Part shown: piece after piece, positions 44,231-56,800 of the stretch
How positions within the stretch are numbered: the stretch's first letter is position 1
Layout of the letters: each line of letters starts with the position of its first letter
Origin: Camelus ferus
Taxonomy: Eukaryota
DNA length: 64,000 bases
Direction: 5' to 3'
Assembly (NCBI RefSeq): GCF_009834535.1
Contig: NC_045696.1
Coordinates: 682,001-746,000, forward strand
The notes under the pieces: generated by a model
What the model was told of the DNA's origin: nothing
Seen by the model: the letters and a program-made list of their open reading frames with translations, nothing else
Databases searched by the model: none
Program-made: the position numbers and the translations under genes

Positions 44231-47200
44231 CTTGCTCGCAGTTCCCGTGCTGGCTGAGTTTCAGACGTCTGGAGGAGGACGTGCGGCCCACCAGGGCTTT
44301 CTCCGAGGCACTGCGTGGTCGTTTCTAACCTCCGTGGGGAATCCATCCCTGTCCCCACACTAGCCAGGTTCTACAAGTCGTTTCAAATCCGTCGCTCTGT
44401 CTAACTTCCAAGTTTTCATGTAACTCTCTCTTCACAGTTTGGTCAAATACGTTTTTACGAAAGATGTTTCATTTTTTACTGTGGGAAAACAGTCAGCAGA
44501 TAACTGCACGTACCTTTGTTTTGTGCAAATACAGAGAGACAGACAGACAGAGACACAGAGAGGAGGGGAGGCCCAGGTTCTGAGGACGGGTGTGGGGACC
44601 CCAGACCGGGGCCCGGGGTGGGGGTGGGCTCAGAATGTGGACTCCTGGCCCCAGGGAAGGTTCTAGATCTTTCAAGAGCCGAAGCTCAGTATCAGCTGAA
44701 ATGTTTTATGGTTTAAAACATGCAAAAATCTACAACCATGACAAAGAAGTTCTGGGAACCCTTCAGGAATCGCCCCCTCGATGACTTTTAGGGTTTCTTC
44801 CCTGAGTTTTGACACTTCTGTGAGCTAACGGCGGGGGTGGTCTCACCGCTGGTTCCACGTAAGTCAGGCTGTGGGTGCTGCTTCGGGGTTCGGTGCAGTG
44901 CCCCCAGCTTCCAATTCAAAGGGGCTCTGCCTGGGGCAAGGCTGTCACTGCTCACCTGGCCTCTCCAAGCCTGAGCTCTTTGACTTGCAAAGACAGCAAC
45001 TTTAATGTTCTTGCAGGTTTTGGGGAAGAAATCAGAATATGTGTGTGAAACCAGGAACCTTGAGACTCCGGCAGCAAGGGCCAGCCGGCTGCAGGGCTCC
45101 TGCCCCTGGGAGGTGACTGACACTTCGTCTGTGAAATGGGAAGAGACGGGGATGGATGTGCCCGGACCTCTGGCCGGCTGGCCCCCACCCCACCCCGCGG
45201 AGATCCTTGCCGTGTGGCAGTTTGCAAACCCTGCTGGGCGTCTGTGCCCAGGGAGAAGCGGGGCACAGGGACACCCACCCTTCCGGGCTGCGGCATAGGG
45301 GCAAGGTCGTCCCGAGAGGTGGGGTGGCCTCGGGCACAGCGTCCACATCCCCACACCCAGAGTCCAGGCAGCACATCCACGCCTGCAGTGCTGCGGGGCC
45401 CGGCAGATGGCACAGCTGCCCCCAGGGCCAGTGGCCGCAGTGGGGGTGTGAGTGGGGTGCGGGGCTCTGCGGCCCCTCTGCTCGTGGGAGGGAGAATGGA
45501 CCTTTTCCTCTTCCCATGACCACTCCTGGGGACGGGGGCGCCACTCTTCTGAGGTCCCAGAGCGGCCTCTGGGGAGCTGGTCTTCCCCCATAGCACCGCC
45601 TGGCCCCAGGAGGGGGAGTGCCGGGGGGCGCACAACGCCCAGGTGCTGGGGGCCAGGGTGGGGGCCGCACGGAGATGCTCAGCCCTGGAGGCTGGGAGAT
45701 GAGAGGTGAGAGGTGGGCGGAGGTCCACAGGGACAGGCAGGGGGGGTGCGGGATCTTGACAGGGGCAGGGGCCAGGTAGCAGGGCTACTGCAGGTTTGAC
45801 CCGACCCCCAGGTGACACGGGCCAGGCAGGTAAGGAGGAGTCAGGGCCCTGGAGGTGGGGCGAGGAGATGTGCTGGGGGTCCAGGAAGCCCGGGAGCCAG
45901 GGCTGCCCCAGGCCCTGCAGGAAGGGGCTGGTGATGGGGAGAGGCCCCCGCCTGTCTCTGTACCCCCTGCCCGTGCTGGGCGCCTGTTTCAGGGAAGCGC
46001 ACGTCACCTGCCCCAGGTGCTCACGGACGGCCTGCAGGGTGTCTGTGCCCCGTGGTAGCAGGAGGCCCGCAGGCCACTCCCCAGAGCTCAGGAGCCTGGG
46101 GCCCTGGCAGGAGCCCCCACACGTCCTGCACCTCCTGACCCCTGTGGCACCAGGTGTCCCCAGACGCAGTGCAGGGAAAGGAGTACTTCTCCAGACGGAC
46201 CCTGTGCCGCTGCCTGGGGGCTGAAAAACCCAGAGGTGCGTGGAAGTTAGAAGAAAAGAATATTTCAGGGGAAGCTGCCCTCGTCCACTGGGAGCAGCCA
46301 GGAGAGGCCTGCTGGGGGGCGGGGCACAGTCAGCCCTCCCTCCCCCGTCTCCCCTCCCCCTCTTCCCCCTCCGCGGAGCAACAGCGCCCCCTCCACCCCG
46401 CAGACCTCCTTGCCACAGCCTGCCGGCAGGGCCATCCTGCTTTAAAAAACTCCTTTTCTCCTCCCCCTCCCTGCTCCGCCCCCCCTTCCAGCAACAAGTG
46501 TGGGGCCCTGGGCGGGGGCGGGGGTGAGGGTGCTCCTGCAGCTCCTCCGGCCACAGTCAGGGCCACGGCTGTGCACGGAGGCCCAGGCGCGTTCCCACCA
46601 CCTGCTCCTCGGCCTGGGTCACCCCCTGCAGTTTGGGCTTGTTGGGGGGGACTGACAGTCCCCCCCAGCCAGGGGTCAGGGTCCCAAAGACAATCCAGGA
46701 AAGACAGAGGGGTAACGACTGAGGCCTTTATTGGGGGGGTGAGGGTAGTCGCAGGGGCGAGGAGGTGAGAGCAGACCCCCTTCCCGCTTGGGTCTCCAGG
46801 CCAGGGTACTTGAAGGTGAAGCCCCTGCTGGGTGACGTCCCCTAGCCTGGGCACGTGGAGGGCCCAGACGTGCCCTGCAGGCTGCAAGCTGGGCAGCTGC
46901 CCAGCCTCCCCACCTCTGCTTCCCGGGTAGAACCAGTCCCCCTGTAGAGGTGAGGGTGGGTGTTCCTCCCGCAGGCAGAGTGCCCCTCGTCCCCTCCTCT
47001 CCACCGGCAGAGGGACCCCATGCTGCCCACCACCCAGGCACCCCGTCCACAGCACAGCCAACCAGCAGACCTGGCTTTGACCCAGGGGCCTGGAGCTGTG
47101 GTTGGAGCTGGTCCTCCCTGGACCCACCTGACCGGTTCACCTGCCCACTGAGCAGGCCCAGGGCCAGGGTGTGGCCCCCTTTGCTGGAGAGGCCATGCTA

Positions 47201-49181
47201 TGGTGAGGACCCTGGGTTTGAAGTGGCCGCATAGATGGAATCAGAGAGGGTGGCCCTCAGTCTCCGTCCTGGAGTGAGTGTCCCCAGGCCCGTGGTCGGC
47301 AGACCGCTTGAATGGTGCTGCCCTTGGGGGCAAAGTCCGCCTTGCAGAGTGCTGATTCTGTGGTTGGAAACGGCACTTCCTGGGAAAAACTGTCCACGTA
47401 TAACTGCAAACATGATTTTTCAGGGCACAAAGCACTTTTCCCTATGTTTCCCAGTCCCACACTTCCTCAGAATCGGGGTCAGGTGGGCAGAGCTTGTCCC
47501 CATCGTCCAGATGGGGAAACAACGGGTCATCGTGAGGTAGTCACGCTGCCAATGAGTGACCGGTGGAGACAGACCCAGGCCGCTGGCCGCTGGCCGCTGG
47601 CCATCACCTCCCAGCCCCACCCAGGGCAGCTCGGACCCACCAGGGTGAGTCGTCCCCCGTGGGCTCTGAAAACTCCACCTGATGGAACTTTCTAGACAAG
47701 AGGGGCCCAGCGGACGGGGGACATGGGGTGTGTCAGAGGGCGTGCCCCTGCAGTGATGGTGGCAGTGCTTCCAGAAGGGCCCGCTCCTTCCCAGGGCGTG
47801 GGTGATGGAAAGCCGCCTTCATTCACAAACACCGGAGATACAAACCCTCTTAGCATTTGTTGAACAAAACCCTTTTTGATTTCTTCTGAACGCCTCAGCC
47901 ATCAGGGGAACTTCCCTCCCAACTTAGGACATGATTCACTGAGGACAGTGTTTTCCACAGTTACACATGTGGTTTCCATGGCAGTGTGGCCATGCGGACG
48001 TCGGAGCGGGTGGGGATGCCAGACTGCCCAGGCCCCGGGCAGTGGGCTCTGTCCTGGGCTCCTGTCCCTGCCCTCAGTGTGGACCAGCCTCTCCCTCCTG
48101 TCCTGGTCCCCGTGAGAGCCCCTCTCCTGACCAGTGTGGCTGAGGGGTCCAGTGGTCTGGCCCCGGGCACTTAGCATCGGGCGGCCCTGTCTGCCAGCCT
48201 CTGTTTGCTGACTGAGATGAGTCAGCCGGATGGGAAGCAGCTGGTGGTCGGATGCAGTGCGGGGGTGGGGGGGCGCCTCCCCTAGGTGCTGAGAGGTGGT
48301 CATGGCCATGCTGGCTGCCCAGGGGCACAGCGCTGGGCATGTGGGACATCTGAGTCACCCTGTCCTGCAGGTGGGGCCCCTCAGGTGGTGACCCAGGTCC
48401 TGAGTGACAAACACCTTGCACCAGTCGGCCACAAGAAGGCAAAAAACTACAGAAGAAGAGGCCAGGTGGGAAAGGCAGTCCCCACGGAAGTGCACACGTG
48501 CCGGCCGCCCTCAGATGGAGGCCCTCCGCCCTCAGACTGGCAACACTGCAAAGTCCCCGCTAAATGCTGCCGGCGGGGGCGGGCGGGGCACGCGGCAGGG
48601 AGTGTGGATTAGAGCAAGTTCATGGCCAGAAGTGCATCCTGCAGACTGATCTGCAAAAACTACACCAAAATGCATGGTATTTTAATTGAAAAAATGTGGT
48701 AACACCCCAGCGACTCAACAATAGGGGTTGTTCAGTAAGTTACAGGGCCACACAGCTGTCTGAGGTCCACCAGGCTGCCGTGAGCCCAGCTGGATGTGCA
48801 GGCCTGGCGAGGGGGCCCCGGGCCCGGCAGCCGAGTCCTTCTGTGCAGACCGCCCAGGGCTCCTGGCTGGTGCGTCACTGGAGGGACTGGGCCGGGGTGG
48901 GGGCTCAGCCTCATGTGTGTGGCCCTCTTCGTGCTGCCCTGTTAGCTGGTCCTGCATGCCTGTGTTACTTCCCGTGAAACTGTGCTGAGACGCTGTCCCC
49001 GGGCCGCCCCCTCCCCAGGGACAGCAGGAGACCCCTCCCGGCAGTCTGTCTGGGCTGCCTCCTGGACACACGCACACTGGCCTGACTTGCTCTGTCCTGT
49101 TACTGGAGAACCGGGACTCTTACTCTGTTTGGATTTGGACATAGAGGCTGCGGTTGCAAACTCCAGAGTGTGAAAGAAACT

Positions 49182-49282
49182 GAAAAAGAAGGAGGGAGGG
49201 AGGAGAGGGGAGGGGAGAGGAGGGAGGGGGGAGGGGAGAGGGGGAGGGGAGAGGAGGGAGGGGAGGGGAGAGGGGGAGGGGA
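49182..49282. repeat. Polypurine (GA-rich) tract
   Basis: ~100 nt of only G and A (GGGA/GGGGA/GAGAG units). Confidence 0.92.
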
Positions 49283-52200
49283 GTCTTCTGGCCGAGGCTG
49301 CCTGTGAGGCCCTGCGTGAGCTGACCCCGGTGTCTGGGCGGCTGCTGCCCCTCTGATAACCATTGACCCTGAGGCTTGAGGGTCGGCGCCCCCGCCCCCA
49401 CCTCCCTACATACATTGCGTTTGTGACCGTGTGGGGGCCAGGCTGGCGTCTGGGGGCGGCTCCCCACACCCCCTCAGAGGCTGGTCAGACTTTCTGATTC
49501 ACAAAATCCCCGGGGTCCTGGGCTGGGGACGCATCTTGTCCTTAGGGAGGGAGCCCCCCCACGCCCCCCACCCCCCACCACCGCCTTTGTAAAGAGAAGG
49601 TGCCTCTGTTCTCCGAGTGGGCGGGGAGGGGCAGGGCCGGCACCAGGGCCCCGAGCATAGGTCGGGTTGGGGTGCCCCGGGCTGGGCTGTGGGTCTGTGG
49701 GGGTTAATCTCTCCCTGCCACCTCACGCTGGCCTCTGGTTCTATGGAAAAAGCAAAACATCTGGCAGTAAAATGTCTTTAATGGCTGTCCGGGGCTGGGA
49801 GAAGCTTGGCTGCCCTCCTCAGAGACAGTGCAGATTTACAGGAAACTGGGAGCCGTGGGAGGCCCAGCTGGGACCCTGGGGGAAGGGGCTTCCCAGGCAG
49901 TGGTGGCCCTCTGCCCACCACTGGGGCCCCAGAGCCCACCCAGCAGGGCCCCCAGGGGCCCCGCCCGCCCACGGAGGTGGCCAGAGCATTCCTGCAAACA
50001 AGAGTCATTTCCTGCCCGTGGACCCTTGGGGCCGGGGGGTCCCCAGGCGGGGCGCAGTGGGCGCTGGCCGTGGGTCCGGGCCCCTCAGGTGGTGCGGCGA
50101 GGCTCCAGAGGGCTGTGAGGGTCGTGTGGGACCCCCTGGTCTGGAGGCCGCACCCCCTGCCTGCTCACCCTCACAGGTCCCTGCAGCCACCTCTCTTACC
50201 CCAGAGGAGGTGACGTGGGCTGGGACCTGCCCCACAGGGCTGCCCGCTAAGCTGGCGGGCTCTGGGCAGTACCTGCAGGGTACTCCATCTCCCCCAGCTT
50301 CCACGAGGGGCACTGGGGGCCGATGGGAGCACTAGGGTCGGGCCGAGGCCCCCGAGATGACGTGCGTCAGCCCCACGGTGGTGGACACATGACAGGCTCG
50401 GCCACAGGCCTGTCCACGCCAGCCACTCAGGGGCTTAACAAAGCCCGTTGGCAGGGAAGAGGGAGAGGGTGGGCCGGGGCCCCTCACTGACCAGCAGCCC
50501 CCGACCTGCTGCGGACAGCCCTCCAGGCTGCTGGACTCCAAGAGAAGAGGAAGTGCTTCTCCTCGCTGGCCAGGCTCCGAGCGGCCTCAGTCCCAGGTCG
50601 CAGTGGCCTCATCTCAGCAGGCCCAGCGCCTTCCTTCCCTGACAGTCTCCAGAACCATGGCATCTGCAGGGGACCACTCAGACCCTCTGTCCCTCAACCT
50701 GACCATGCCATGGCTCTGGAAGGCTCCTGACATCCTGCCCAGTGTACCCTGAGACCCAGTGCCCAGGAAAGCAGGGATGGTCGGACTGGGTCAGGTCCTG
50801 CCCTGTCCCCTCCTGGCCGTGTGACCTCAGTCCAAGCACATCAGCTCCGGAAGCTCTGTGTGTCAGACTGTCCAGAGGAACCCAGACACGTGCGTGGGGG
50901 TGGGAGCTGGAGGAGAGACAGTGGCAGTGGTGTCCCTGGCGAGGCCAAGTGGACCCGCCCTCCTGAGCCTGGAAGCCACGTTCTTTCTGTTTTCCCCACT
51001 TTCGTGTCACAACCATGGACGAGGTGCCAGGGAGGGGCAGATGTGCGCTGGGGTGAACTTCTGGGGTTCTCGGGAGCTCGCCGGGGGCCTGCTTGGCCTC
51101 CAGCCGTCCAGTCAAGCCCCAGAGAGAGTGTGTGTGAGGACAGAACACTGCTGCTCCAGGGAAGAGGGTCTCCGGGAACCGGCAGTTTGACATTATTCTG
51201 AAGAAGCACTTCTCTCTACGCCCCGTGGGCCCTGCGTGAGGCAGGGAGGCACCTGGTTGTTTGTCCCTCCTGGGCCGCAGGAGGGCGTGGGTCTGGGGTA
51301 CCCCCAGGGGGGAGACCAAGAGGGAGGCCCCTCCCAAAGGTGAGGGAAGATACAGGGAGGCCGAGACCCGGGGCTTCAGGACCAGGACCGAGGGGTGTCC
51401 GTGGACCTGGGGCTCGTACCCGTGGAAACAAGCACCCAGGTCGGAAGCTGTTTCAGAGCAGAGGAGGCTTCTGTCTGTGGTCCCTTCACTCCCTCCAGGC
51501 CCAGGACCCCTCCCAGGAGGCCGTGGACAGGAAGTCCCTCCTCCCGTTGGGCCGGGTGCCCTGTCTGGGGTTCTAGCCTGGGGTCAGGCCAGCCCTGCGC
51601 TGAGAGGGGGTGACATGGGCTCAGGAAGCAGCACTTGGACGGGGGTCTCCAAGTGAGCATGGCAGGCGGGTTCCAGGACCCCAGCCCCAGGACTCAGCCC
51701 CCATCCCTGGGGACCCACAGCCCCCTGGAGCCGTCCAGCCCAGTGTGGAGACTGAGGCCGAGCTTCTGGGGGACACAGAAGGGCAGCTGGACAGAGGGTG
51801 GGCAGTGGGTGGGAGGGGTCAAGCTTGCAGGACGCCCCTGGTTCTGCTCCACCCAGAGAGGGTCAGCCCAGCTTGGGCCTCAGCCTGCGGCTCACCCCCC
51901 CCCCCACACACACACCCGCCTGACATCTCTGAGCTGGAAGTGACTGGGGAGACAGTACTGGTGGTCTGGTAGGGATGGGGAGAGTGTGGAGGGCCTGGGG
52001 CGCCCTCTGCTGCTCGTCAGGGCCCTCGTGCAGGACGGTCCGGCCCGGGGGAGGGACAGCCCTGGAACAGAGAGGGATTCCTGGGTCCAACCACGCCCCG
52101 GACATACGGAGGCAGGTCCAGGGTTCCACTGGGGACAGGAGACTTGTGTGACCCCCGACTGCCCCCACGCACCGATCCTGCCAGAGATGCAGCATGGTTG

Positions 52201-53529
52201 GGCCAGTGTTGCCCTGAAGGTGCACCCAGGCCTCAGGCAGTGGGGCCTTCTGACACACCCCACCGGCGGCGGTGGTAACGTGGCCCAGGCCAGCGGTCAG
52301 CAGGTTCAGCCCGGGGACACAGAGGACGTGTGGGTCAGCCCCTAGCCCTGGTCAGTCGGCCAGGCCCTGCTCCCTGCCTCCAGCCCCTGTGCCAGGAGTT
52401 CCCAGCCTGGGCCTGGGCCTGGGCCTGAGCGGCACTGGCCGTGCCAGGCACCCCTGGTCACCTCTCATCATGATCCTGGACTGCAGGGACACCGCAGTCT
52501 CATCCAGTGCCCGAGCCCCAAGGCGGGAGGCACCCAGGACATTGGGTGGGACCCCGCCAGCCCAGGACCAGAGTCACAGCCCAGGGGGAGGGTGGGAGCT
52601 TCTGTCGTGGCCACAGGGGGGCCCTTCCTTCACCCCGCTTCTCCAGGAGCTTGGCAAGGCCTCCAGGTCAAGGCAGGGCTGGGGGTGGGGGTGGGGGCGG
52701 TACCTGCTTGTCTTCTCCTGCCTGGGGTCCAAGCCCCGCAGGGGGCAGGTCAGCAGGTGGAGGCCAGACCTGCCCCTCCGGGCAGTGACCACGGGCTTTC
52801 AAGACTGGAACCTGCTCAGACTTCGTGGTGTTTGCCTGGGAGCCACTCCTGGCGGCTTCATCCTGTCATTTCCTCCCGCAGGAGATGTGGGCCCAGCCCC
52901 ACAGGACTCCCCACCTTTGCAGGTCCGGAGGGAGCAGGGCCTCCGAGGAACCAGCAAGACCACAGCCACTCGCCTGCTCAGGGCAGCTGTGGCCCCGGCC
53001 GCCCCTGCCAGGAGCCCGGCGAGCCCCGCAGCAGGCCGGGGGAGGTCCGCCCTGGTCTCTGCCCACCTGTGGTCCAGGCTACGGTGTCTGGACGCCCTTC
53101 CCATTCCCTCCAAGGAGGGTGGGGACTTCCCTGTTGCGTATTTCTTGGTCTTGTGGCCCCATCACCTGCCATCCACGCGCGTGCATCTGGGTGGAGGCTG
53201 TCAGTCCAGGCCTGGGAGCCAGGTCGTGGGGCTTGTGCCCGTGTTTCTGCCAGAGGAGGCTTGTCCGCAGAGAAAAGTGAGCGGAGCCCGGGAGACGCCT
53301 TCTGTGACATCATCACACACGGACCTCGCCTTCCCTCCCACGTTGCTGCTCGGGGCCTGGAGAACAGAAGTGCCTCAAAGCCCGCTTGTGACAAGTTTGA
53401 ATTATGCTAATGAAACTGCCCAGAGGCTGCAGGGAGGGCCCGCCAGGCTGCGCCCTGGCCCCGTCACCCCAGGAGGCCGGGCCTCCCCACCACCGCACTA
53501 GGTGGAGCTACAGGATACAAACGCCCCCG

Positions 53530-55050
53530 TGTAGGGAGCTAGAGAAAGGACGGTAAGACCATCCTCTAAGTCAGCAGCACCGTGTACCAAGTACCCAGAG
53601 ATTCAGCACCAGTGGAGGATCAGATAAAGGAAATTTTAAGTGTGACTAAGAGAGATTACAGAAGACCTAAAAGAGATAAACTCACTGTGCACAGGAAGAC
53701 TCAGCCCCACAGCTGTCTGAAGAGTCAAGGCAAAGCTAACCGTCCTGCCTCGTAATGCATGCGGACCTCACCAGGACGAAGGGCACCGAAGCCAGGGGCT
53801 CCGGCCTCCAGGGCCCGGGATGGCGGGCCGTCCGTGGTTGCTAACGAGATCGCGTCCGGAAGCACATGCGCGTGTCCGTGAAAACCAGGGTGTCCGCACG
53901 GGAGGCCCCACCGCACAGCCGGCGCGGGGCCAGGGCCAGGACGCAGGCACACGTGCTGTCGGAAAGCTGTGGGGGAGGAAATACCGACAACACAGACCCG
54001 AACTCCGGGTGAGAGAGGAATTTCTCCAGCAAGACTCAGAGTTCACAAGCCGTCAAGGAGAGATTGATAAATTTGACTCGTTGACGTTAAACATCAAAAG
54101 ACACTGAAAATTTCCAGAGCAAACCACAAACTGGGGATGTGATCACAGCACACTCACCCACAAATGGTCGGCCTCCAAGCAGCTGAAGACCCCCCCCCAC
54201 CCCGGCCAGTAATGAGAGCGGCAGACGGGCCGGCGGGAAGCCAGCAGGAGTCGGGAGCGGGCGTCCTGGGGAGGAGGCCCAGCCATTCAGGAATCGGGGG
54301 ACTGCAAGCTAAAACCACAGTAGGAATTTGTACCCACAGGGGAAGGACACGTAGGAACCGCCTAATCCCAGAGAGCCCTTACCCTCCGCTGATGGGGGCA
54401 GAGGTTTTGGGAAGAGACTTGCCAGGATCCAGTCAACTGCACCGGCACACACCCGGGAGTCTCCCAGCCAAGACGCAGCGCCCGACGGCAGGTGCTCCCT
54501 GCGGCAGGTGCGCCCCGCAGGGCCTCCCCTGGGCAGCCAGGCAGGGCCGCGTGGCCTCCGCCAGTGACCGTCTTCGTTAGCTGTGGGGAGGCTGTCCAAA
54601 TACCAGTGTTTCCTACGAAATACAAACCTTGTGCGTGGAGACCCCGGGACGTTTCTATCAGTGAACTTCGTAACAGCAAAAACCGAGAAGAATCGGACAC
54701 AACCCCGATTCCTAGCTGCAGAGCAGGCGAGTGACTGGAACACCGTCTGGTGATGAAAACACCTGGGCCACAGTGTCAGCCGCCGCACACACAGTCACTG
54801 GAAAATGCTAGAAAATGCATTCAGAAGGACTCCACTTACCTGCGTTTAAAACGTGCAAAATTCCGCAGTACGTGTGTGTGTGGTGGGGAGGGTAAAACGC
54901 AACAGAGTGCGCGACAACAGGATGGACGCAAAGCCCGGGTGCGGTTTCCAGGGCAGAGCAGGTGAGCGGGGGGTGGGGTGCCCGCGGCCTCCGGAGGACC
55001 GTGAGGGGAGCAGATAGATGTTCACTGAGCTTTTGTGCTAACCCATCTGT
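53530..55050 (+). mobile_element. Old L1 ORF2/3' UTR remnant, GC-shifted
   Basis: aggagagattgataaatttgact...aaacatcaaaagacac; tgcaagctaaaaccacagtagga. Confidence 0.6.
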
Positions 55051-55349
55051 TGATCACTTTTAATTCTCTTCCTTTCTTCCTGTGATCTGAGGGGTCGCCA
55101 TCTCCAGCACAGTGTCAGTCCCTCCGCTCTCCCTGGGGACCTTAGTGTCGAGGGTCACATGGTCACAGGTGCTACAGGCTCACGAACACAGTGTTATAGG
55201 CTTTGTTTTCTGCAAGCGCTTTTCAAGTCCGTCGGGGAAAAGGAGAGTAAATGTGCAGCGATGCTGTCTGGACAACTACCTAAGCAGTTAGCTCACAGGG
55301 TGCTCTTGGGCTGTGTGTGTGTGGACCTGAGTTACTGTGTGGGGTCAGG

Positions 55350-56800
55350 CGCCTTTAGCTCAGAGACATCCCTTTAGCATCGCTTGTGCAGCAGGTCTGC
55401 CAGCAACAGACTTTCTCAGTTTTTGTTTACCTGCAAGTATCCTTTTCACCTTCATTTCTGAATGATAGTTTTTCTGGGTATGATTCTTGGTTGACAGGTT
55501 TTACTCTCTGTACGTTGAACATGTCATTTGTCTGCCTCTGTTTCTGATGGGAAGTCAACTGTCAGTACTGCTGGGGGTCCCTTGCAAGTGACAGTCATTT
55601 TTCTCCTACTGTTTTCTAAATTCTCTCTCTCTCCCGGGGCTCCCGCCCCGTCCCGGCCTCTGCAGAACATGGCTGCTGCGCCCAGACAGCCTCCTCGTTT
55701 CTGAAGTCTACCTACATTGTCATTACGGCACTCTAGCCCCCGTCTGGGGACAGACGGGCCCTGTCCCCCAGGGTGGCACCGAGGACAGACCACTGCCTGA
55801 AGGATCAGGCTCCTGACCCTCCACGCAGCCCCGCCCTCCACTGCCTCAGGTTAGTTTTACAATGAAAGTATTTTCTTGTTTAAAAATACTGAAGTCCGAA
55901 CTGTCAGGCCTCGACGCCTTGACCACGATGTGTCTGCGTGTGGGTCTGTCTGTGTTTATCCTGTTTGGATCTGTGAGGCTTCTTGGACACGCAGAGCAGT
56001 GTTTTCCATCAAACTTGTTAAGTTTCCAGCCATTTTCCTTGACTGTTTCTCCCACTTCTCCCCCGTCCTTCTGGTGCTCCCGTCACGCACAGGGCGGTGC
56101 GTGGACCTGTGCCCACGTCTCCCTGAGTCTCTGTCCACCCGCCTCCGTTCTTTCAGTTCTTCGAGGTAAATGATCTCATCTGATCAGGCCTCAGGCGCAC
56201 TGCTCTTCCCTCTGTCGGCGCAGACCTGCGGGGCACCCTCCGGTCAGCCTTTCAGTTCAGTTATGACGCCTTTCAGCCCCAGATTCTCCACCTGGCGGTT
56301 CTTGGTCTCTGAGGCCTCACTGATGCGGCGCTGTGTTGGCTTCAGGTGTGCCGTGTGGTGGTCTGATATTTGTGTGTATTGCAGTGATCACCACACCGAG
56401 CCTAACATCCTTGGTTCTTTTATTGATGTTTAATTAGTTAATTAATTTTTATTTTGGGGGTAATTCGGTTCATTTATTTATTTTTAATGGAGGCGCTCAG
56501 CGCGTGCTGAACCGCTGGGCTGCACCCTCCCCCGTTTGGCTCTTTCTGATCACGTCTCTCTTCATATTCACTGTTCAAAGCTTCAACACGGTTTCCTTCA
56601 GCTCTTTGAACGTATGTATATAATACCCTGCTTTTCAACCGCTTTGTAACAACTGCAGTCAAACTTCGCCAAGTTCACACCGGGGCTCCGGCAGGGGGTT
56701 TCTGCTGCCTGCCCTCCTGTCCCCCGTGGGCCACATTTTTCTGTTTCTGTGCACGTATCATAATTTTTTGTTGAAAACTGGACATTTGGTCATGGACACT
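55350..56800 (-). mobile_element. Old antisense L1M (ORF1 region) with nested insertions
   Basis: ctttagcatcgcttgtgcagcaggtctgccagcaacagactttctcagtttttgtttacctg...tcatttctgaatgatagtttttctgggtat. Confidence 0.7.
56421..56533 (-). mobile_element. tRNA-derived SINE remnant, camelid Vic-1-like, internally deleted
   Basis: Minus strand reads GGGGAGGGTGCAGCCCAGCGGTTCAGCACGCGCTGAGC-GCCTCCATTAAAAATAAATAAATGAACCGAATTACCCCCAAAATAAAAA; possible TSD ttggttcttt (56411-56420) / ttggctcttt (56536-56545). Confidence 0.7.

Noticed and set aside
44788..47140. Several 200-350 aa overlapping ORFs upstream of COL6A1
   Set aside because: Open in multiple frames and both strands at once, typical of GC-rich non-coding DNA; no recognisable protein.
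52272..53501. 409-aa plus-strand ORF, the longest in the track
   Set aside because: Low-complexity P/G/R/A/S composition, non-ATG start and no recognisable domain. Long ORFs are expected by chance in stop-poor GC-rich DNA.
56480..56533. tRNA-like sequence
   Set aside because: No B-box/T-arm or acceptor stem, and it is followed by an AT-rich tail. It is a SINE remnant, not a tRNA gene.
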